The position numbers and the translations under genes are program-made. The notes below the pieces were generated by a model. The model searched no databases, had not been told where the DNA came from, and saw only the letters and a program-made list of their open reading frames with translations. From a virus: a stretch of DNA of 24,824 bases. The DNA lies in the IMG/VR virus record IMGVR_UViG_3300021400_000064, positions 1 through 24,824 of that record; one strand, given 5' to 3'. Below, one piece after another: positions 7,967 through 17,179 of this stretch. The first letter of the stretch is position 1. Each line of letters begins with the position of its first letter.

Positions 7967-9355
7967 TTGATAACTTTATCTCGTGATACAGAATTGACGC
8001 CCGAACTTATAAAAAAGATTGTGGATACTCATAAGACAAGTGAGTTGCCGCGATTAGAAAAATTAAAGAGATATTATGAAACCAAGAATGACATACTCAA
8101 CCGACAGATGGCAGACAGCACTAAACCAAACAATAAGATTGCGAATGCTTATGCCAGTTTAATAACGAGCACGCTTGTTGGTTATTTTGTTGGTGAGCCT
8201 ATTACATATACCGCAGATGATAAACAAATGATGAATGAACTTCAACTTTTGTTTGAGTATAATGATGAGGCTGATGAGAATGCGGAATTGGCAAAGAACG
8301 CAAGTATTTATGGCGTTGCGTATGAATTATTATATATGGAGCAACAGGATGAAGGTATGGGCCGCCCGATGTTGCGGTTTCACACCTTGGATACGAGAGA
8401 ATGTGTGCCTATTTATGATGATACTATCGAACATAATCTAATTGCCTTCATTCGTTATTATACAACGAAGAATGTGTTGAATGATACTGATTTGCTCGTG
8501 GTAGAGTTAATTACAGATGCGGATACGAAGAGGTATGAAGCAACTGTCGCAGGTGGATTACATTTAGTTGATGAAGTGCCGCATTATTTTGGTATGGTTC
8601 CTGTTGCTATTTACAAGAATAACGAAGAGTTAATTGGTGATTTTGAGCCAGTTATTAGTTTAATAGATGCTTATGACACGATGGAAAGCGATACGGTAAA
8701 TGATTTTGATTATTTTGTAGATGCTTATTTAGCACTCTATGGATTTACCGCAGAAGCAGAAGACATTGTGAAGATGAAAGAAAACCGTGTTCTGTTGATG
8801 GATGAGGGCACAAGTGCGGAATGGCTCATCAAGAATACTGATGATACTAATGTCGAGAATATGAAGATTAGGTTAGATAAAGATATTCATAAGTTCTCGC
8901 ACTGTCCTGATATGAGTGATGAAAACTTTGCGGGGAATAGCAGTGGTGTTGCTATACAGTATAAGTTATTAGGCACTGAAAATCTTATTTCTATTAAAGA
9001 GCGCAAGTTTAAGCGTGGATTACAATAGCGTTTAGAACTTATCGCGCAGATGTAGGGATTGATGGGCGCTAATTTTGATTGGCGTGCTATTGATATAATG
9101 TTTAGACGGAACATACCTGCTAATTTGAGTGAGATTGCTACTGTTGTTAGCCAGTTGAAGGGTATAGTGTCTAATGAGACATTGTTAGCACAGATACCTT
9201 TTGTTGATGATGCGACTGCGGAGCAGGAGAAGTTGAATGATGAGAAGGAACAGGATAAAATGAATAATCCGTTCTTCCAGTTGGATTATGAGACTAATGC
9301 TATGTAGCGAAATAAACAATCACAAACGCAGACAGACGGTCAAGAGGTTGAGTAA
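7967..9355 (+). CDS. Portal protein (SPP1 gp6-like).
   Basis: AGGAGG at 7952-7957; TTG 7967 is the best-spaced start, with GTG 7961 as an alternative. Peptide: ELPRLEKLKRYYETKNDILNR...KPNNKIANAYASLI. Continues through TAG 9026, 9053 and 9305 to TAA 9353. Confidence 0.88.
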
Positions 9356-10269
9356 TGAACCCTGACAAGAAAAAACAATTAGCAAGGTATTACGCCACAC
9401 AAGAAAGAGTGCTTGAAGCGTTAGCATTAGCATATGAATAGACTGATGAGTTATATAAAATACTAAAAGAAATCACTGATGAAATGTGGGAAGATTTGCG
9501 GCCCGCCATTCAAGAGTTGATAGAAAAGTATTTAGATAACCCTCACGCGCAAATTGATTTGGATAAGTATCCCGCGATTAGGATGGCGATTAGAGAGATT
9601 GAGATGCGCCATCATCAACAGTTGTTGGAATACTATTGGATGGGCTATAATGTAATTACAGAGAGTTTGGTAAGCACTTATCAAAAGGCGAGTTTAGATG
9701 CGTATTAGATTATGTCTGTTGTTCCTACTTGGCAGAATTAGGAGATAAATCCTGTCATAAGACAATAGGCAGAAGTGCGAATTACAGACACTTACATTAC
9801 AAGCAATAAGTTGCCTATTCCGTGGTGTAGTGATGGTAAAGTATATTCGTAGCGTTTATACGGACACATTGCTAATTTTTAGTCTAAATTGAACTATGTA
9901 TTGAGTGAAGGTATCGCCAAAGGGCGGGGAATGGATTGGATGATGTAGGCTTGGCGCAAATTAGTTGGCGCCACTGCTTACGATGCCGCGCGCCTGTTGA
10001 AGACAGAGACTATGGCTTTTTATAATGAGGGCTTGAAAGATAGTTATATTGAAATGGGCGTTGAGTATGTTGAGATTGTGGGCGATGCCGAATGCGGTGG
10101 AATATGTTTAGATTATGTTGATGGCGACCCGATTAGGATAGTTGATGCCGAAATAAATGTAGAGTTGCCGCCTTATCATCCTAATTGTGCTTGTTCTTTT
10201 GTTGCGTGGGAAGAGACTGAAATCGTAGAAAATCCAGAAAATACATCAGGGAGCCAAGATGAAGAATAA
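9355..10269 (+). CDS. Head morphogenesis protein (Mu F / SPP1 gp7 family).
   Basis: TAATG stop-start overlap. Track ORFs 9484-9708 and 9997-10269 share frame 1 and are joined by TAG codons (9439, 9706, 9739, 9766, 9850, 9880, 9946 in total). Peptide: WCSDGKVYS[TAG]RLYGH...ELPPYHPNCACSF. Confidence 0.85.
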
Positions 10270-10294
10270 TCAGGGGTAAATGTAGAGTTTATAA

Positions 10295-10373
10295 GGCTTC
10301 TCGGTTTTTTAAGTTGATACCCTGTCTCTTAATCAGGGTGTCCGGGGTTCGAGCCCCCCCCGAAGGCGCACCA
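10295..10373 (+). tRNA. tRNA-like element (degenerate or non-canonical). The loop reads CUU and is not a CUA suppressor.
   Basis: Canonical T arm: GGGG-TTCGAGC-CCCC (10344-10358). The anticodon-like stem CCCTG/CAGGG (10320-10324 / 10334-10338) encloses TCTCTTAAT. A 5-nt variable region is present. The acceptor pairs at only 5 of 7 positions (GGCTTCT vs CGAAGGC), and the D-arm region is a T-rich stretch with no convincing stem. Confidence 0.35.
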
Positions 10374-10380
10374 TACGGAA

Positions 10381-10406
10381 AAGCCTCGCAATAGCGAGGC
10401 TTTTTT
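10381..10406. terminator. Rho-independent terminator (partly bidirectional).
   Basis: aagcctcgc pairs with gcgaggctt, followed by TTTTTT on the + strand. An A-run precedes the stem, giving a weaker U4 terminator on the - strand. Confidence 0.75.
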
Positions 10407-10423
10407 CTATACCGTAGCAAAAC

Positions 10424-10452
10424 TTGACACCGTGATTTTTTTAGTCTATAAT
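10424..10452 (+). promoter_or_regulatory. Consensus sigma70/sigmaA promoter P3.
   Basis: TTGACA (10424-10429), a 17-nt spacer, TATAAT (10447-10452). It fires antisense through the minus-strand gene toward scaffold and capsid. Confidence 0.75.
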
Positions 10453-10695
10453 TCAAATCAAGGGCTCCGCATAGTTCTTCACTTTATCTGTTAGTGTATA
10501 ACCGAGATATTTTTTAGCATAATCAAATTTCATAGTGGTGAGGGAATGCGGCACCTCTTTACCATCTTTCTTGCGGGTGTGCTTTTTGTTGCGCTCCTTT
10601 TGTAGCCAAAGCAAAGCATCTTTATCTTTGCGCGCTACCGCGTCTGCGATGAGGTCATCGAGAGACATTGCCATTATTTCCTTCGTAGTAGCCAT
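10453..10695 (-). CDS. Hypothetical 80-aa protein, the only minus-strand gene (possible regulator).
   Basis: AGGAGGTG RBS (complement of 10701-10708), ATG start, intact ORF ending in TGA. No TAG. Basic central segment: KERNKKHTRKKDGK. Confidence 0.65.
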   Translation of the reverse strand: MATTKEIMAMSLDDLIADAVARKDKDALLWLQKERNKKHTRKKDGKEVPHSLTTMKFDYAKKYLGYTLTDKVKNYAEPLI

Positions 10696-10715
10696 ATAAC
10701 CACCTCCTGTTGGTG

Positions 10716-10744
10716 ATTATAATACACGATGACCGCATTGGCAA
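10716..10744 (-). promoter_or_regulatory. Strong minus-strand promoter for the 80-aa gene.
   Basis: On the - strand: TTGCCA (10744-10739), a 17-nt spacer, TATAAT (10721-10716). Confidence 0.65.
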
Positions 10745-10842
10745 GTATAAGTTGGGCGAAATTAGCACAAACGCTTAATTATAAATACAAATAACAATAG
10801 AAGAACGAACTCATAGTAAGGGCGTTCGAAAAGGAGAAAATT

Positions 10843-11418
10843 ATGGAAGATACTAATGATAAGGGTATGGAAAACACGCAAACTCCTAATGAGGGTGCGG
10901 AAACCCCAAAGACTTATACAGAAGAAGAAGTTCGTGCGTTATTACAACAAGAGGGAGACCGTAGGGTATCCCAAGCGTTGAATAAACAGCGTAAAGAGTT
11001 GGAGAAGAAGCAAGCCGAAGCAGAGAAACTTCGTGATATGGATGAGAACCAGCGCCGCGAATATGAGTATAATAAAAAGGTTGCGGAGTTGGAGCAGAAA
11101 GAGCGTGAGTTCGCTATCGCGCAGAATAAGTTAGAAGCATCGAAGGTGCTCGCTAATAGAGGTTTGCCAGTCCAATTTGTAGATTATATAGTTGCTGATG
11201 ATGCTGATACTATGATGGCGAATATCGACACATTTGATAAAGCATTTAAGAGTGCGGTTGCTGATGCTGTTGCTATTCGTATAGCGCAGCCTACGCCGAA
11301 ATCTGGTTCAGCAACACAAACAGGAATAACAAAAGAGCAGTTTAGAAAACTAAACCTGGCTCAACAAGCAGAAATATATAAAACTAATCCCACATTATAT
11401 AGGGAATTGATTAGTTAA
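10843..11418 (+). CDS. Scaffolding protein (DUF4355-like).
   Basis: AAGGAGA RBS. Charged coiled-coil peptide TEEEVRALLQQEGDRRVSQALNKQRKELEKKQAEAEKLR. It sits immediately upstream of the capsid gene. All 15 Gln codons are CAA/CAG; none is TAG. Confidence 0.8.
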   Translation: MEDTNDKGMENTQTPNEGAETPKTYTEEEVRALLQQEGDRRVSQALNKQRKELEKKQAEAEKLRDMDENQRREYEYNKKVAELEQKEREFAIAQNKLEASKVLANRGLPVQFVDYIVADDADTMMANIDTFDKAFKSAVADAVAIRIAQPTPKSGSATQTGITKEQFRKLNLAQQAEIYKTNPTLYRELIS

Positions 11419-11434
11419 TAAGGAGTGTATATAT

Positions 11435-12370
11435 ATGGCAGCATATCCAGATAGCCACATTATTTATGAAAATGAAGTATTAGAAAATAAAATCACCGAT
11501 TTACTTATTACTGCGGTTGATTTATCCAATTATATGACTGTTGATAACAGTCTTACACAGAACGCAGGTATGACGAAGGTTATTAACCGTTATACCGCTT
11601 CTGGTAATGTTGAAGACCTTGAAATGGGCGAGGGCAACACCAAGGGTATTGAAGTTTCGTTTGACCCAGTTAGTTATGTTGTTGGCACCACACAGGGACG
11701 CTTTGCTTATTATGACGAGCAGGCTATGACTGACCCAATGGTTGTCGATGTTGGACTTGATGGTTTAGCAAAGACTATGGTGAATGATTTCACCACAAAG
11801 GCTATTGCGGAGTATGAGAATGCCGACCTTGGTATTGAACTTAACAGCGGTTGGAGTTTTGATGCTGTTGTTGATGCTATCGCAAAGATGAACCTTGAAG
11901 ATGAAAGTGGTTTATTCTTACTTATTTCTCCTGCGGACCAGGCCGCTTTCCGTAAGGCGCTCAAAGATGACCTCAAATATGTTGAGGGCTTTGTCCGCAC
12001 TGGTTATATCGGTAGTGTTTGCGGTGTTCCTGTAATCGTATCCAAGGCTGTTGATGCTGGCGTTGGTTTCCTTGCGACTAAGGACGCGATTACCTTATTC
12101 ATCAAGAAGGCTACTGAAATCGAGCAGGAGCGCGATGCTAATGTTCGTAAGAATACAGTTTATGCTCGTAAGGTTGCTGTTGTCGCGCTTACTGACGCTA
12201 CGAAGTTAGTAAAGATTGATGGGCGTGGATATTCGGTTGCGGAGACCTCGATTTCTACTAATCCTGCGGCAGAAGGTTTATTCGAAAAGACAGAAAATGG
12301 TGCTTATGTTCCTTCCAAGGATACTACTGCTATTAGTGGCAAGACTTATTACACACAGGATAGGGACTAA
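11435..12370 (+). CDS. Major capsid protein (HK97-fold type).
   Basis: AAGGAG RBS and a 311-aa intact ORF after the scaffold gene, followed by a terminator. No TAG. The call rests on position and composition; the family is not verified. Confidence 0.8.
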   Translation: MAAYPDSHIIYENEVLENKITDLLITAVDLSNYMTVDNSLTQNAGMTKVINRYTASGNVEDLEMGEGNTKGIEVSFDPVSYVVGTTQGRFAYYDEQAMTDPMVVDVGLDGLAKTMVNDFTTKAIAEYENADLGIELNSGWSFDAVVDAIAKMNLEDESGLFLLISPADQAAFRKALKDDLKYVEGFVRTGYIGSVCGVPVIVSKAVDAGVGFLATKDAITLFIKKATEIEQERDANVRKNTVYARKVAVVALTDATKLVKIDGRGYSVAETSISTNPAAEGLFEKTENGAYVPSKDTTAISGKTYYTQDRD

Positions 12371-12380
12371 TTTAAATAAT

Positions 12381-12417
12381 GGCTCACGGTTTTAACCGTG
12401 AGCCACACCTTTTTTTT
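12381..12417 (+). terminator. Rho-independent terminator after the capsid gene.
   Basis: ggctcacggt pairs with accgtgagcc, followed by a T8 tract 5 nt downstream. Confidence 0.7.
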
Positions 12418-12436
12418 ACTATGAGGAGGACAAAAA

Positions 12437-12733
12437 ATGCTTGATAGATTAAAATTACTCCTTCATAAAGAAGATGATGATACTGTTGATGAATTATTAT
12501 TGTTGCTAATCACACTTTGTAAAGATGAAGCATACATTTATTGTAATTTAGATGAGTATGATGAAGCGTTAGATTATATCGTAATACAGATGGTAATTGA
12601 ACGCTATAACCGCATTGGTAGTGAAGGAACAACCGCGCAAAGTGCGTCTGGCGCATCCGCAACATATGATAGTTTTTATAGTAAAAAAGTAGAGCGTATG
12701 CTAAATAAGCACAGGAAGGTGAAGTGCGTATGA
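12437..12733 (+). CDS. Head-tail connector protein (gp6-like).
   Basis: GAGGAGG RBS. Peptide: LLLLITLCKDEAYIYCNLDEYDEALDYIVIQMVIERYNRIGSEG. No TAG. Confidence 0.65.
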   Translation: MLDRLKLLLHKEDDDTVDELLLLLITLCKDEAYIYCNLDEYDEALDYIVIQMVIERYNRIGSEGTTAQSASGASATYDSFYSKKVERMLNKHRKVKCV

Positions 12734-13035
12734 TAAAGAGAGATACACTTACCCGTATTCTACTTCAACCTATTGATGATGAAGAGGGCGGCAAGTCATT
12801 TGATGAACCGCAAGTAATGGAAACTATTCCAGCACATATTTCTTCTGGCGCATCTTCTAATGAGATTTCTATGTATGGTGTAAAGACACAGTATGTCTTA
12901 CATACTACTACTGATGTAAAATTAGATGACCGCGCAATTGCGAGGTATGTATGGAGTAGCAAGGTATTCAAAGTTATGAGACAAATCAAATCAGGCAACG
13001 AATGGTTTGCCACTCTATTAGAAGTGAATGAGTGA
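12730..13035 (+). CDS. Head closure / head-tail adaptor protein.
   Basis: ATGA overlap with the previous gene; the size and position are typical. No TAG. Confidence 0.5.
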   Translation: MIKRDTLTRILLQPIDDEEGGKSFDEPQVMETIPAHISSGASSNEISMYGVKTQYVLHTTTDVKLDDRAIARYVWSSKVFKVMRQIKSGNEWFATLLEVNE

Positions 13036-13046
13036 GGAGTGGTGAT

Positions 13047-13376
13047 ATGCTTACATTTGATAACGATACAAAGAAAATCCGTATGGTAGTAAAAGATACG
13101 GGCAGTATTACCGTGAATGTAGAAAATTATACTCTTAATGAGGGTGATGAAGTAGTATTCACAGTAAATACGGGGCGTGAGATTGAAACGCCACTCATTC
13201 AAAAGAAAGTATCAGTATTTGCTGATGGTAAAGCCGTTATTCAGTTATCTGTTGAAGATACGAATGTCAAACCAGGCACTTATCTTTATGATATTCAAGT
13301 TAATGGCGCAGATGGCAGAGTTGATACAATTGTTGGACCCGCAAAGTTCGTATTTGAAGGGGGCATAACATTTTGA
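13047..13376 (+). CDS. Hypothetical structural protein (beta-rich, Ig-like?).
   Basis: GAGGAG RBS 7 nt upstream of ATG 13047. No TAG. Confidence 0.5.
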   Translation: MLTFDNDTKKIRMVVKDTGSITVNVENYTLNEGDEVVFTVNTGREIETPLIQKKVSVFADGKAVIQLSVEDTNVKPGTYLYDIQVNGADGRVDTIVGPAKFVFEGGITF

Positions 13377-15760
13377 GTGAAGAGAATGTAAATATTAACA
13401 TTGGTGCTACTATTGAGACTGACCCTGAAATAGTAGTTGAGTTTGCCAACCCTACATATCAAGGACCCGCTGGACCTGCGGGACCTAAGGGTGATAAAGG
13501 CGACCCATTCACTTACGAAGACTTTACCGCAGAACAACTTGCGGCACTCGTTGGACCAAAGGGTGATAAGGGCGATGATGGCGAACCTGGCCCCAAGGGC
13601 GACCCATTTACATATGAAGACTTTACACAAGAACAGTTAGCCGCATTAGTTGGACCACGCGGACCGCAAGGCGAACAGGGAATATAGGGCATACAAGGAC
13701 CGAAAGGTGATACTGGCGACCGAGGCATTTAGGGATTACAAGGACCCCAAGGTGAGTAGGGTGTATAGGGACCACAAGGTATCCAAGGCGAGACTGGACC
13801 GCAAGGGCCCAAAGGCGATAAAGGAGACGCATTCAGTATTGCCGCGATTTATAGTAGCCTTGCTGAAATGAACCTTGACTTCTCCAATAGTAATGTTAAG
13901 TTTGGAGATTTTGTTATCATTACTTCTACTGTTGATGACCCAGACAATGCCAAACTTTATGTGAAGACATCAAGCGGTTTCAACTTTATTACTGATATGT
14001 CAGGTGCCGCAGGCATCCAAGGCCCAAAGGGTGATACTGGTGAGACAGGTGCTATTGGACCATAGGGACCGCAAGGTGTATAGGGTATTCAAGGACCGCA
14101 GGGTGAAAAAGGGGATACAGGACCTGCTGGAACATATACCGCAGGTGAAGGTATTGACATTACAAATGGTGTAATTAGTTCCACTGTTGATGGTGCTATT
14201 TATTCCGCTGGCGATGGTATTTCTATTGATGCCAATAATGTTATAAGCACGACAAAAGATTATTATATTATTAAATATCAAAATAATATAGCAAATTATA
14301 GTGCGGAAGATTTACAAAGATTGTATGAACTTGGTGGTTTCCAAGAGACCGCAAAACCAGTTGTAATAGAATATATGTATAAACACTATCATTATGCTGG
14401 TAGAACAGGCACTTAGATGGTGTTTGTAAATTGGAAGGCTGGCGGCACTGCTTCGCGCCACACAGTAGAACCAAATGCTATTATTTATTATATGGATAGT
14501 TTGAAAGAGACAATAACGAATTAGTTATTAGTCGATACTAATATAGGTATATATTCTTCAAATATATTCAGTAATAACGCTAATAACAACCCATCAGGAT
14601 AGAGTAATTCTAATTTATAGACGGAATTACAATATATTAAAAACAATTACACAAAGACCGCTGATTTAGCGGCTGTTGCTACATCGGGCAGTTATAATGA
14701 TTTAACTGATAAACCGACCATTTCAGGCGGCACCACTTATACTGCGGGCACTGGTATTAACATCACTAATGATGAAATTAGTGTTGATGCTACTGCTTTA
14801 TCATATAATGATTTACAGAATAAACCCACTATCCCAACAGTGCCGACCAATGTAAGTTCTTTTACTAATGATGCTGGGTATCTAACTACGCATTAGGATA
14901 TTAGTGGTAAGGCGAATAGCGCGGATTTAGCAACTGTTGCTACTTCTGGTTCATATAATGATTTATTAGACAAGCCAGAAATTAGCGAGGGTGCTACCTA
15001 CTCTGCTGGTTATGACATTTATATCGATGAAAATAATGTCATTAATGTTGATAATTTTATTGTTGATGTTAATTTAATGCTTGGCTCACAATCTGGTAGT
15101 TGGGAACTATTCTTTAATGGAAGTCCTTGGATAAATAGAAGTGTCCCAAATGACCCAGATAATGACGCGTTTGTTTATTTATATGATTGCTATTATGCCA
15201 GCGGTAAGAGTTGGGTTAATACACATTGCCATATCCATCCCAATGGATAGAACGCCGAATGGGGAAAAATTGTTTATGTCGATGGCGATGAAACGAGCAC
15301 TACAATCACTTTTGGCATATTCTTTGCGCCGAATTACTATTTAGAGTTAGGATATCGGCAACTTCCCACTGATGAAACACGCAGATACTTATATAGCGCT
15401 TCTGGCACCATAATTACGCCATCTTTGGCTTGGGATAGAACTAATAATATAGTTAAGGTTCGTGTGGAAAATGGACTAAATAAATTATATATAGACCCCA
15501 CCGCTATTTCCTATAATGATTTAACTAATAAACCAACTATACCTGACTTGACAGGATACGCAACTCAAACATATGTTGATAATGCTATTGGTTAGGTTCC
15601 TACTTATAGTGCTGGCACAGGTATTAGCATTAGTGCGAGTGGTGAGATTAGTTGCTCTGTTGTTGATACTAATACTACATATACTGCTGGTAATGGCATT
15701 AGTATTAATAATGGAGTTATTTCTTTAAATTTAACTAATGCGAATGGGGTGAGTTATTAA
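13373..15760 (+). CDS. Collagen-like fibre protein (795 aa).
   Basis: Frame 2 is open from TTG 13373 (which overlaps TGA 13374) to TAA 15758, with 13 TAG. Gly-X-Y runs are unbroken across TAG. There are two [18 protein letters not shown] units and repeated SYNDL(T/Q/L)(D/N)KP(T/E)I motifs. The start codon is uncertain. Confidence 0.85.
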
Positions 15761-16377
15761 TGGCTAATGTAATTATTGATGATACTCATTTAAGTGATAT
15801 TGCTGATGCTATTCGCGGCAAGAATGGGAGTTTAAATACTTATACACCAGCATAGATGGCGGCGGCTATTAGTGCTATTGAAACTGGCGGTAGTAAAAAA
15901 GTGAAATGGTTGCGTAGCGATACTGATGCTTCCTACACTTATGCCACGTCTTTCACAGTTCCCGATGATATGAAAAGCACTGAATAGATACTTTTTTTGT
16001 TATATTATTGGAGAACTACAGCAAAGTTAGCGTGTCCTTTTTATATTAGAGATTTTGCGTAGTATCAAATAAATAGTAGGACATAGAGATACTGGATGCC
16101 GATAGGCCAGTTTCCTAATTTAGGTGCCACTCCAACTACGAATGGTGGCAACTGGATTGCCAAGGAAAGTAATACGTCATTTTAGGGCGATGTTTTACGC
16201 TGCGATTAGTTTTTATTATATAGCACTTTTACTTTTAGATACAGTTGGAGAACATTGAAATCAGGAACAATCATTACGCCTACTCATTATACTAAAAAAG
16301 CATCTGCTCTTACTGATAGCGCATCAGGCACTTCTGTCAGTGGCACAAATCGTATATTTGTTTTATATGAAGTATAA
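15760..16377 (+). CDS. Hypothetical structural protein (205 aa).
   Basis: TAATG overlap. N-terminal peptide: VIIDDTHLSDIADAIRGKNGSLNTYTPA[TAG]MAAAISAIE. Six TAG (15853, 15985, 16060, 16084, 16183, 16207). Ends at TAA 16375. The six-frame track shows no ORF here only because of the TAG codons. Confidence 0.6.
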
Positions 16378-16388
16378 AGGTGAAACTT

Positions 16389-16976
16389 ATGGGACTTCGA
16401 TGTGAATTAGATATAGAAGATTGGGAGTTTCCTATGGAAACTCCTATTTTACATAAACCGATTGATTATAGTGAGGGCTTATAGGTATTTTGCGACACAT
16501 TTATGGAAGTATCAACAGCATATTGTCCCGTAGACACAGGATATTTAAGGAGCACACTGACTGCTGATAATGATGGCATTTCTTGGGCTGAATGCTATAC
16601 AGATTGTGAATACGCATAGTATCAAGAATATGGGACTTGGTGTATGCCAGCATAGCCTTATTTTGAAAGAGCGGTTGAGGCAGCGTTTGAAGAAGCCACA
16701 CAGTATTGGCAAATTGCCATTGATGAAGCGATGGAAGAAGAGCAGGATGAATTACAAGCAATGGCGGATGCTGCGGAGGCAGAGGGAGATTTTGAAGAAA
16801 CAGTTAGTTTAACATATGAAGGAGTTGCTGCGTTATTTTTTTTATGGGTGTTTTCAACGATTATGTGGGGGATACACGAAATATTGAAATCCGCGTTTGG
16901 TGATGAAAAAAAACATAATGAGATGGAAAACATAATGAAAATAGGTTTATAGTTTTATGATATAGAGATTACATAA
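16389..16976 (+). CDS. HK97 gp10-family neck/tail-attachment protein with an acidic linker and a C-terminal hydrophobic helix.
   Basis: AAGGTGA RBS. Peptide: CPVDTGYLRSTL...EYA[TAG]YQEYGTWCMPA[TAG]PYFERAV, then EEEQDELQAMADAAEAEGD and GVAALFFLWVFSTIMWGIHEIL. Four TAG. Ends at TAA 16974. Confidence 0.65.
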
Positions 16977-16987
16977 GGAGGGGTTGG

Positions 16988-17179
16988 ATGAATAAATTAT
17001 ATACTGCTCCCAAAGGTAAAGTATATGATTGGGCTGAACCGCATACAGCCCATATTGTTGAGCCTGACGGCACTATAACAGAAGTAGTAGAGCATTTATA
17101 TGCTAAATACTTGTCTATTGCTCGTGCCGACAGTATTGACAACTATATTTTGGTTGATGACCCGAGGGAGAATAAGTAA
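16988..17179 (+). CDS. Hypothetical protein (63 aa).
   Basis: AAGGAGGGG RBS and an intact ORF. No TAG. Confidence 0.55.
   Translation: MNKLYTAPKGKVYDWAEPHTAHIVEPDGTITEVVEHLYAKYLSIARADSIDNYILVDDPRENK

Noticed and set aside
10295-10373. This could be the amber-suppressor tRNA expected in a TAG-recoded phage.
   Set aside because: No CTA triplet lies in the loop; the loop reads CTCTTAA (CUU). The acceptor and D arms do not fold canonically. I keep it only as a tRNA-like element.
12765-13202. Minus-strand track ORFs such as 2579-2854, 3696-3935, 4451-4862, 7396-7734, 8887-9114, 11710-12000, 12765-13202, 13295-13832, 14000-14474, 16501-16933, 17096-17514 and 22678-22911.
   Set aside because: They lie antisense to well-supported + strand genes. 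They lack RBS signals and have low-complexity or Cys/Ser-rich translations. They are shadow ORFs.
13365-13380. A frameshift fusion of the Ig-like ORF (13047-13376) to the collagen fibre.
   Set aside because: There is no slippery heptamer. The sequence aca ttt tga does not allow tRNA re-pairing in the -1 frame. A TTG start coupled to the TGA stop is the simpler explanation.
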